A stretch of 64,000 nt of DNA from Ignavibacteriota bacterium (GTDB taxonomy: Bacteria > Bacteroidota > Ignavibacteria > Palsa-1295), in the NCBI GenBank assembly GCA_963787835.1, contig CAWBEI010000002.1, positions 245,486 to 309,485 on the forward strand. Reading direction: 5' to 3'. Shown in pieces: positions 21,301 through 29,350 of this stretch. A model generated the notes under the pieces. That model was not told where the DNA came from, did not search any database, and was given only the letters and a program-made list of their open reading frames with translations. Position 1 is the stretch's first letter; every line of letters begins with the position of its first letter. The translations under genes were made by a program, and so were the position numbers.

Positions 21301-22047
21301 GTTACCAATGTTGTTCGTACCACCCGTCGCGCTATTATCAATGTTGGTGGTCGGATTCGAACCACTGTTATTGAGGCCACCGCCGCTTGGCGTGAGGATT
21401 CCACCAGAGAAGCTTGCCTGGCCCTGGTTCGTTACATACCATGAGTCGCCAGAAATGTCATCACTGCCCGCCGCACCAGTATTTGTTACCGTAAGTGGGG
21501 TGGTAGCCGTTGAGGAGCTGAAGTTTTGCGCACCCGTCCATGTGTTAGGATTCGTAAGGTTGATACCGAGAGCATTGGTGCTAACCGTCAACGTGCTATT
21601 GATGTCCAGCACATTAGCATCCAAGGAGCCAACGGCAACTTGGCCGATTCCACTGCCGTAGTTATTGAGTGCTCCAACGATGTCCGTTCCAGCGGTATTT
21701 TCAATGACCGTAGCTGCGGACGTCCCCCCCACATCACCGCTCAAATTCACGGTGAGTCCGGAGGCAGGGTTGGTCCAGCTCAGACCCCCCGTCGTGGTGT
21801 TCATGGTAAGCACATACCCGACAACGCCGCCAGGCTCCGTGCCCGGGAACGTCAGCGTGAACGAGTTTGCCGCAGGAACGGCCGCGTTAAGCGTCACCGT
21901 TTTTCCGGTGTTCGTTCCCCCTCCGGCAAGTATCACTTCCGTGCTGAAGTCGGATTTATAGGTTTGCGCGTTCACAGTAGTGGCCGGCAGCAGCATCGCA
22001 TATGCAGCAAGCATCGCGACTGGAATCGCAAGTTTAAGGTATTTCAT
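18388..22047 (-). CDS. secreted fibre-like protein, paralog F (class-2 C-terminus)
   Basis: The signal peptide ends ..TTVNA and is followed by QTYKSDFSTEVILAGGGTN. The N-terminal ~400 aa are nearly colinear with E. An internal ~95-aa block is duplicated. The C-terminus ends ..SVTLIYDGSKWRLIGAE. Confidence 0.9.
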   Translation of the reverse strand: MKYLKLAIPVAMLAAYAMLLPATTVNAQTYKSDFSTEVILAGGGTNTGKTVTLNAAVPAANSFTLTFPGTEPGGVVGYVLTMNTTTGGLSWTNPASGLTVNLSGDVGGTSAATVIENTAGTDIVGALNNYGSGIGQVAVGSLDANVLDINSTLTVSTNALGINLTNPNTWTGAQNFSSSTATTPLTVTNTGAAGSDDISGDSWYVTNQGQASFSGGILTPSGGGLNNSGSNPTTNIDNSATGGTNNIGNSTSTTNVYGNTNINSPVTGPDANTDIDATGDKGVVTIGNNGTGSGDSSTTYLAGAVDFTGTVQLPSGSVTAGSIGLTNQYMLVGNTSNDATPLAPSANSVLITNAASPIGTPQWSQTLPSGLTYPAAQITGAGNIGGSTVINTTGSIQTTGILRTTGGGAADINTTGTSPVNIGDTSGAMNINIGNSAGPSTTTVLGNTNINSPATGPDNNTDIDATGSMGVVTIGNNGTAGATPPYSDSSTTYLAGAVNFTGTVNIPAGDLNLGLASADIFVGNGATPSIATGVAMSGDVHIDNTGKTTIQPSAVTNGDLANDATTVTAGSGLSGGGSAVLGSGTTLSINDAYGNTWSTLQTFNGGLTETGNANLNNSPANTVVNSTTNIDAGTGTEGVINIGNNGGTTPGDSSTTNMAGTVNFTGAVNIPAGDLNLGLAYENIFVGNNGTPNVAAPLAPSSNSVFITAGSDHTTPEWATTLPSDLTIPTLTASSSTNGVAGAALSLNNTDVSGTSLDVSGTGNTWNVTNTGVATFNGGVNTSDGNASNISNTIGSSGTGSTTTINGANTNINNSTTGSIVNSTTNLDAGVGSEGVINIGNNGSVGNPGDSSTTNIAGAVNFTGAVNIPAGDLNLGLASADIFVGNGATPSIATGVAMSGDVHIDNTGKTTIQPSAVTNGDLANDATTVTAGSGLSGGGSAVLGSGTTLSINDAYSNSWSTLQTFSTVTSTGNTTIDVPSPAGATGTTNINAGTGTTLGNINIGNNGTAHTIGTLDSSLTTINGDVNLTGNVDFTGTVKLPAGSVTPSSLSLTTSHLFVGNASSDAEDVGMTGDAGIVFTAGTPDVGKVTVSAASGASGFTVTNATQLNGTLTAVGQTTLGSTALSSATVAAAATLTLTTSNSAYLLTATAAPVTVNSITGANTTAGQIITLVNTDPTNNITLHSNGSLVLNGGDVIMTPGGSVTLIYDGSKWRLIGAE
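19190..20566 (-). repeat. intragenic direct duplication in paralog F (two ~290-bp near-identical segments, 1086 bp apart)
   Basis: About 19190-19480 and about 20276-20566 both encode ASADIFVGNGATPSIATGVAMSGDVHIDNTGKTTIQPSAVTNGDLANDATTVTAGSGLSGGGSAVLGSGTTLSINDAY. The plus-strand shadow ORFs at 19193 and 20282 have almost identical N-termini. Confidence 0.8.
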
Positions 22048-22091
22048 GTGTTGTTTCGTGAATTAGATTAATGGAGATGAAGTTAGGAATA

Positions 22092-22121
22092 ATCGCAAAA
22101 ATCGCTAAGTTATCGCAAAAA
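22092..22121 (-). promoter_or_regulatory. repeated TTTTTGCGAT motifs upstream of paralog F
   Basis: The minus strand reads TTTTTGCGATAACTTAGCGATTTTTGCGAT, with GCGAT three times and TTTTTGCGAT twice 20 nt apart. The proximal CGATTTTT lies 49 nt from the ATG at 22047. Confidence 0.35.
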
Positions 22122-22131
22122 CACTTTGTAG

Positions 22132-23532
22132 CTAATCGTTTGTCGAGACCAGTACCCACTTACCAAGGTGAGATGGGTCCGCATTGTCGTTCGTGTCGTA
22201 AAGAAATGTTGCCGCCCCTTTTTGGCCAAGTAGAATGGGCTTGCCGCCAGGGAGATCGAACTCGTCCACGGAAGCAGAATTCGCATCCAGGTTCGTGATC
22301 TGGATGATGTCGCCAGGATCGCTGCTCACGTTTGCGATCGTTACCATTCTACCGTCTGGAACGCTCGTGCTTGAAATTCCGCTGACGTTGATCTGCTTCG
22401 CAGGACTATTGGTGTTCGAAAGACGAATATACCCAACGGAATTAGCAACTGTATAAGGACTTTGATCCGTCGAGACGGCGTCAGATGCAATTGTTGGGGT
22501 TACTGTCGCCCCGTTGGTGATGTAGGACACCGCATGGGTGGTAGGATCCACGCCAAGCACCTGTCCGTCTGTACCCTGAGGAAGTCTTGAGAGGGCCGTT
22601 GTAGAACTTGCAACAAGAATGTCTCCGGTGGCGTACGTGCTATTGCCAGTTCCTCCTGCGACAGCGTTGACGGGTGCTGCCGGAGCATTCGCATTCAGCG
22701 AGGCCGCGATGTCGGTGCTGGCCGATTGGTTCGCCGCGATCGTTGGATTTGGATAGGTATTTGCAAGGTCGCCTCCGGCATTTCCGGAGGGAGCCGCTCC
22801 GATGGCGGTAAGTTGTCCGCCTGGGGTGACCGTGATGGTCGTATTATCAACAGAAACCACGCCAACGGAACTGGACGTTGCGATCGGAAGGTCTCCCGTG
22901 GGAATCGTTCCGGTGTTCGTTAAATTATCATTAGCATCGGTAAAGACCGGCATCGAGGCCGTAAGGCCAGCGATGTTCACATTTCCGGAGGTAACCGAAA
23001 GCGCGGTACCGCTCGCAACGGTATTGCTCGCTACGATCGGTGCGTTCGCATTAGATATATTCGAAAAGCTTTTTTGACCACTAATTGCCTGAGCGCCCTG
23101 GGTCATGACGAAACTCGCATTGGCTCCGGATGCTGGGATTGTGTCGATAAATGTGGATGTGCCTGGGTTCGCGGCCTGAATTTTAACATAGCCGTTTCCT
23201 CCAACATTGTAGAATTTGAGCGTTCCCGTAAGCGGGGTGTAGGGAGTGAGCGCATTAGATGGTTCGCCGATATTAGCGTTTTGAAGATGAAGTATTTGCT
23301 CCTCACCCATATTGAGATTGGAGACGGAACGGCCGTTAAACGTGAGCGTGTTCGAGTTTGAACCGCCGAGGACCAGATTCCCGTCGATCGTGGTGTTGCC
23401 AGAAGATGTATTAAGAAATACATCCTGCTGAACGGTCAGGGTTCCATTGATGACTTGATTCTGCGCGAATACCGTATCAACTCCTCCGAGCAGGAAGAGG
23501 CACGCTAAGCCTATTTTAGTTATTTTTTGCAT
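22132..23532 (-). CDS. secreted fibre-like protein, paralog G (class-2 C-terminus)
   Basis: ATG at 23532 gives MQKITKIGLACLFLLGGVDTVFA followed by QNQ. The displaced N-module is GTLKFYNVGGNGYVKIQAANPGTSTFIDTIPAS. It also has GGDLANTYPNPTI, and the C-terminus ends ..AATFLYDTNDNADPSHLGKWVLVSTND. Confidence 0.85.
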   Translation of the reverse strand: MQKITKIGLACLFLLGGVDTVFAQNQVINGTLTVQQDVFLNTSSGNTTIDGNLVLGGSNSNTLTFNGRSVSNLNMGEEQILHLQNANIGEPSNALTPYTPLTGTLKFYNVGGNGYVKIQAANPGTSTFIDTIPASGANASFVMTQGAQAISGQKSFSNISNANAPIVASNTVASGTALSVTSGNVNIAGLTASMPVFTDANDNLTNTGTIPTGDLPIATSSSVGVVSVDNTTITVTPGGQLTAIGAAPSGNAGGDLANTYPNPTIAANQSASTDIAASLNANAPAAPVNAVAGGTGNSTYATGDILVASSTTALSRLPQGTDGQVLGVDPTTHAVSYITNGATVTPTIASDAVSTDQSPYTVANSVGYIRLSNTNSPAKQINVSGISSTSVPDGRMVTIANVSSDPGDIIQITNLDANSASVDEFDLPGGKPILLGQKGAATFLYDTNDNADPSHLGKWVLVSTND

Positions 23533-23627
23533 GTTTCGCAATGTTCACAAAATTCGCACTTGTAACCCTCATCCAGCCCCGCGATGCATCACCATAATGC
23601 GGCGCGAAACCGGAAAAAAGACCGAAC

Positions 23628-26600
23628 CTATCGGCTCGGATTCACAATTATATAACCTACATTCACCGTCTTATTTGCCGTTGAAGTTTTACCGCTCAGT
23701 ACATTCTGAGTAAGCACCAAAGTAAAGTGACCGCTTGTCTGCCCCGTCGCTTGCACCGTGTATGTTGACTTTCCAGCATCGGGATCATTTTGAACCGTCG
23801 CCATAATAATGCTTGTAGATGAGCAGTACTCATTGCCCACCTGAAAATCTGCTTCTTGAATGTAAGGACCAGATTCAGATGCAAATCCCGACGCAAGTTG
23901 AACCAACCCCGAAGGGCCTTCCGATCCGGATACAGCGTTGTTTACCGTCGTGACACCGCTGCCGTTTTCGCCGTTCGGATTCGACGTCATTCCCATCGTC
24001 AGCTCACCGTTCTCGACATCCAGCGCCACATTTGTTTGGCCGTCTCCCGTTTCCCCATTTCCGCCCTGCGCAAGCACGCCGATGCTTTCAGTGTTGGTGG
24101 CAGAATTGCCGCTCGCAAGACCCCAAACGCCAATTACGGTTCTTCCCGAGGAATTACCTGCGGTTCCGACCGCCTCACCACGAACGCCAAAGGAGCCCGT
24201 GAAACCAGAGCCGCCAAAATTATAGTCATTATTCAGTTCACTATACGAGGTGGTCGCGTTGGTTACACCATAGATTCCAGAAATAGAGCCTTGTGCAAGA
24301 ATACCGTTCGGGTAATTAGCACTTGTAATTCCGATAGCAGCACCTGAATGGTTTGTATTGTCGGAGTTCGAACCCGCCATCTTGATCGAGTAAGTAGGAG
24401 TCGATGCCGTGCTGGAAAGCCCACCCGCAGTAAAAATATCACCTGAAACGCCCTCCAATTTGGCTGCGATGTCCGGTGCATGTGTGGTACCTACAAGGAG
24501 GCCAAAAGAACCCGCTGTAGCAGTAGTCGTTCCGTTGACGGTAATTCCAGCCGAGGATGCACCCGGTGTGAAAGTCGCCGCGATTGCAGTGTTGGTCGAT
24601 GTGCTGCCGGTTGCAGAAACATTCAGACCGGTTGCAGTTCCACCGGATGTAGCAATAGACTTAATAGTGGCCCCCAACGCGCTTGCAACACCCGCAGAAG
24701 GGTATTCCACATCAAATAGCTCATCTCCCGTAGTCGCCGTAATCTGTGCATTGGCAGGAGCGACATTATAATTCACGGCTGTACCGGTGTTCACAGTATT
24801 AAGCACTGTACCGTTAAAGGTTAGCCCCGATCCCAGCGTGATCTCGCTCGGAGCGGCCGATGCTCCGGTCGGATTACCGAGAAGAGTGACCGTGCTTTCC
24901 TGCTGAATATCGCCATACGTCACTGCATTCGCGGTGATCGATGTGGCATTACCAACCGACGTCACCGGACCCGTCAGGTTCGCATCCGTCGTTACCGTGG
25001 CCGCATTACCAGAGATGCTGATCCCCGCTGTGCCCGCCGAAATATTCGCCGCCGTCAGGTTCGTGAGTGCCGAGCCATTACCCGCAGCATAGTTCGTACC
25101 TGTTAACGTATTCATCGCCGCAGTCACCGTGATCGGCGCAGCGCCCGTGAACGTCACACCGTTGATCGTTGCACCCGGAGAAAGCGCGGAAGCCGTCGCT
25201 GCATTACCCGATGTGTTCGACGTGATCGTAGCCGGAAGGTCCGTCGCTGCGATCGAACGGAAGGCCGGAACACTGCCCGCCGTCGTATTCGCAAAAAATT
25301 GATTTGCACTCGCTACCGTCGATAATGTAAACGACAGTGCAGGAGTCGATGTCGGCGTGGCAACCGACGTCGTGAACAATGGGCTCAAGTTGCCGCTCGA
25401 GAACGAGGTAACTGTGCCGCCGCTACCGGTGGCTGTCAGGGTCGTTCCACTAAAGGCAAGACCGGAGCCGAGCGTGATCTCGCTCGGAGCGGCCGATGCT
25501 CCGGTCGGATTACCGAGAAGAGTGACCGTGCTTTCCTGCTGAATATCGCCATACGTCACTGCATTCGCGGTGATCGATGTGGCATTACCAACCGACGTCA
25601 CCGGACCCGTCAGGTTCGCATCCGTCGTTACCGTGGCCGCATTACCAGAGATGCTGATCCCCGCTGTGCCCGCCGAAATATTCGCCGCCGTCAGGTTCGT
25701 GAGTGCCGAGCCATTACCCGCAGCATAGTTCGTACCTGTTAACGTATTCATCGCCGCAGTCACCGTGATCGGCGCAGCGCCCGTGAACGTCACACCGTTG
25801 ATCGTTGCACCCGGAGAAAGCGCGGAAGCCGTCGCTGCATTACCCGATGTGTTCGACGTGATCGTAGCCGGAAGATCCGTTGCCGCGATCGAACGGAACG
25901 CCGGAGTGCTGCCACCGGTCGTGTTCGCGAAAAATTGATTCGCTGCAGTCACCGTCGATAATGTGAATGACAGTGCAGGAGTCGATGTCGGCGTGGCAAC
26001 CGACGTCGTGAACAATGGGCTCAAGTTGCCGCTCGAGAACGAGGTAACTGTGCCGCCGCTACCGGTGGCTGTCAGGGTCGTTCCACTAAAGGCAAGACCG
26101 GAGCCGAGCGTGATCTCGCTCGGAGCGGCCGATGCTCCGGTCGGATTACCGAGAAGGGTGACCGTACTTTCCTTCTGAATATCGCCGTACGTCACTGCAT
26201 TCGCCGTGATCGATGTGGCATTACCAACCGACGTGACCGGACCCGTCAGGTTCGCATCCGTCGTTACCGTCGCCGCATTGCCACTGGTGCTGTTCGTGAT
26301 CGCGCCGCTGCATCGATAACCGATGCCGAGATGCTGCCCACTGTCGGGTTCGGATAGGTGCCCGTCAGGCCGCCGCCCGCTGTGCCGCTGGGTGCCGCTG
26401 TCACCGTAATGTTCGAACCGCCTGTGAAGAGTACACCATTGATCTGGGCACCCGGAGAAAGCGCGGAAGCCGTCGCTGCATTACCCGATGTGTTCGATGT
26501 GATCGTAGCCGGAAGGTCCGTTGCTGCGATCGAACGGAAGGCCGGAACACTGCCCGCCGTCGTATTCGCAAAAAATTGATTTGCACTCGCTACCGTCGAT

Positions 26601-29350
26601 AATGTGAATGACAGTGCAGGGGTCGAGGTCGGCGTGGCAACCGACGTTGTGAACAATGGGCTCAAATTCCCGCTTGAGAACGAGGTAACCGTTCCGCCGC
26701 TACCGGTAGCCGTCAGGGTCGTTCCACTAAAGGCGAGACCGGAGCCAAGCGTGATCTCGCTCGGAGCGGCCGATGCTCCGGTCGGATTACCAAGAAGGGT
26801 GACCGTGCTTTCCTTCTGAATATCGCCGTACGTCACCGCATTTGCTGTGATCGATGTGGCATTACCAACCGACGTCACCGGACCCGTCAGGTTCGCATCC
26901 GTCGTTACCGTGGCCGCATTACCAGAGATGCTGATCCCCGCTGTGCCCGCCGAAATATTCGCCGCCGTCAGGTTCGTGAGTGCCGAGCCATTACCCGCAG
27001 CATAGTTCGTACCTGTTAACGTATTCATCGCCGCAGTCACCGTGATCGGCGCAGCGCCCGTGAACGTCACACCGTTGATCGTTGCACCCGGAGAAAGCGC
27101 GGAAGCCGTCGCTGCATTACCCGATGTGTTCGACGTGATCGTAGCCGGAAGGTCCGTTGCTGCGATCGAACGGAACGCAGGAACACTGCCCGCCGTCGTA
27201 TTCGCAAAAAATTGATTTGCACTCGCTACCGTCGATAATGTGAATGACAGTGCAGGAGTCGAGGTCGGCGTGGCAACTGACGTCGTGAACAATGGGCTCA
27301 AGTTGCCGCTCGAGAACGAGGTGAGCGATCCACTGTTTGTAGTGTTCAAAACAGAGCCCGTAAAGCTTAAACCCGAACCCAGCGTGATCTCGCTCGGAGC
27401 CTGGTTCGTCGCAGCCGTCGGATTGCCAAGCAATGTGGTGTGCGTCTCGTTCTGAATATTCGCATACGTCACTGCACCATTCGTGATCGTCGTCGCATTA
27501 CCGACCGATGTGACCGGACCCGTCAGGTTCGCATCCGTCGTTACCGTGGCCGCATTGCCACTGGTGCTGTTCGTGATCGCGCCCGCTGCATCGATAACCG
27601 ATGCCGAGATGCTGCCTACCGTCGGGTTCGGATAGGTGCCCGTCAGGCCGCCGCCCGCTGTGCCGCTGGGTGCCGCTGTCACCGTAATGTTCGAACCGCC
27701 TGTGAAGAGTACACCATTGATCTGGGCACCCGGAGAAAGCGCGGAAGCCGTCGCTGCATTACCCGATGTGTTCGATGTGATCGTAGCCGGAAGGTCCGTT
27801 GCTGCGATCGAACGGAAGGCCGGAACACTGCCCGCCGTCGTATTCGCAAAAAATTGATTTGCACTCGCTACCGTCGATAATGTGAATGACAGTGCAGGGG
27901 TCGAGGTCGGCGTGGCAACCGACGTTGTGAACAATGGGCTCAAATTCCCGCTCGAAAATGAGGTGAGCGATCCACTATTCGTGGTGTTCAAAACAGAGCC
28001 CGTAAAGCTTAAACCCGATCCCAACGTGATCTCGCTCGGAGCCTGGTTCGTCGCAGCCGTCGGATTGCCAAGCAATGTGGTGTGCGTCTCGTTCTGAATA
28101 TTCGCATACGTCACTGCACCATTCGTGATCGTCGTCGCATTACCAACCGAGGTCACCGGACCCGTCAGATTCGCATCCGTGGTTACCGTGGCCGCATTGC
28201 CACTGGTGCTGTTCGTGATCGCGCCCGCTGCATCGATAACCGATGCCGAGATGCTGCCTACTGTGGGGTTCGGATAGGTGCCCGTCAGGCCGCCGCCCGC
28301 TGTGCCGCTGGGTGCCGCTGTCACCGTAATGTTCGAAGCACCCGTGAAGTTTACACCGTTGATCTGGGCACCCGGAGAAAGCGCTGAAGCCGTCGCTGCA
28401 TTACCCGTCGTGTTCGACGTGATCGTAGCCGGAAGGTCCGTTGCTGCGATCGAACGGAACGCCGGAGCGCTACCACCCGCTAAGTTAGCGAAAAATTGAT
28501 TTGCACCCGCCACCGTCGATAACGTGAACGACAGCGCTGGGGTCGTCGTCGGTGTCGCAACCGATGTTGTGAACAATGGACTCAGGTTCCCACTTGAAAA
28601 CGACGTCACGGTACCACTGCTCGCCGTGACATTCAATGTGGTTCCGGAAAAGCTAAGCCCAGAACCCAGCGTGATCTCCTCCGGAGCCTGTCCTGATCCC
28701 GTCGGATTGCCCAACAAAGAGTGAGCACCCTCATTCTGGATCTTACCGTAGGAAATGGTGCTATTTGTGATGTCATTGTTAACTATGGCACTCCAGCTTG
28801 GCGGCGTTGAGCCATGCAACACCGTGTTCGCACCACCGTTCGCGATAGTAACGAAATTCCCGCTGCCATCGGTCGAGACATTCGAATTCGGAGTCAAGGC
28901 ACCGGCTGCCGTTACGATCCCAAGTTGTGCCGTCGTGGCATAGTCCCACGCACCATCGCTTCCGCCGTTATGGCCATCGCCGCTTAAGCTTGGCTGGTTC
29001 GGATACAGCCAGTAGGGAATAGTTACCGTGGTAGGATACGGAGACGCTGTTGGTGTTAATGGGCCAACATAAAGAAATCCGCTCTGGGCATTATTCGTCG
29101 GAGGAATGGGAACTTCCCAGATAAGAGGCGCATACGGCGGCGAGGTATGAGACCAGGCATTTGCTTCCGGACTTCCATAGAGCGGCGCCTGAATTGAAAC
29201 GGTGTGTCCATGATAATCATCCAGCACGAGCGCACCGCCCGCAATACCTCGAACCTGACCGATGGCATCTTGAGTTAACACGGTTCCCGCAAAGGCAACG
29301 AGAAAAAGGCATGCACGAAAGGGAGAAGGGGAAAGATTGGCTTTTTTCAT
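23628..29350 (-). pseudogene. giant fibre-like protein, paralog H (~1950 aa if repaired), interrupted by a 1-nt deletion near 26305
   Basis: ORFs 26264..29497 (ATG 29350: MKKANLSPSPFRACLFLVAFAGTVLTQDAIG followed by QVRG) and 23628..26195 are consecutive parts of one repeat protein. The sequence cgcgccgctg at about 26301-26310 reads gcgcccgctg in the sister units at 27581-27590 and 28221-28230. Restoring that C gives ..SVIDAAGAITNSTSGNAATVTTDANLTGPVTSVGNATSITANAVTYGDIQKE.. without interruption. Confidence 0.85.
24795..28753 (-). repeat. six and a fraction tandem coding repeats of 636-642 bp inside paralog H
   Basis: Unit starts derived from the ORF frames are 28753, 28111, 27469, 26833, 26192, 25556 and 24920 (partial). 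Several hundred bp are identical between units (for example about 24841-25230, 25471-25860 and 26841-27140). Plus-strand shadow ORFs beginning MNDSAGV.VGVATDVVNNGLK recur every 636-642 bp. Confidence 0.9.

Noticed and set aside
15272-21661. Very long plus-strand ORFs antisense to the fibre genes (for example 19909..21444 at 511 aa, 19193..20272 at 359 aa, 16076..16615, 15272..15700)
   Set aside because: They mirror the minus-strand genes exactly and repeat wherever the sense repeats do. Their translations are low-complexity P/V/A/R-rich with no motifs. The sense codon bias (ACC/GGT/GCC/AAT) simply depletes stop codons on the opposite strand, so they are shadow ORFs.
23533-23627. Possible terminator hairpin between fibre genes H and G
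   Set aside because: Only a 4-5-bp CCGC/GCGG pairing with a large loop could be drawn. The T6 run lies upstream of it rather than downstream, so this is not convincing.
26301-26310. Phase-variable slipped-strand switch controlling fibre H
   Set aside because: The tract is only CC versus CCC, far shorter than the homopolymers (typically 7 or more) that slip at useful rates. Similar 1-nt breaks occur in hflX, the kinase and the SDR, pointing to sequencing error.
24795-28753. CRISPR array or other non-coding tandem repeat
   Set aside because: The repeat period is 636-642 bp, fully in frame and translating to a coherent protein repeat. There is no short repeat/spacer structure and there are no cas genes.
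8255-29350. Prophage or tailocin tail-fibre module
   Set aside because: No capsid, terminase, portal, tube, sheath, baseplate, lysis or integrase genes are present, and no att-like repeats or tRNA lie at the borders. The flanks are housekeeping (mdh) and a sensor kinase. All nine proteins carry Sec signal peptides, which phage virion fibres normally lack.
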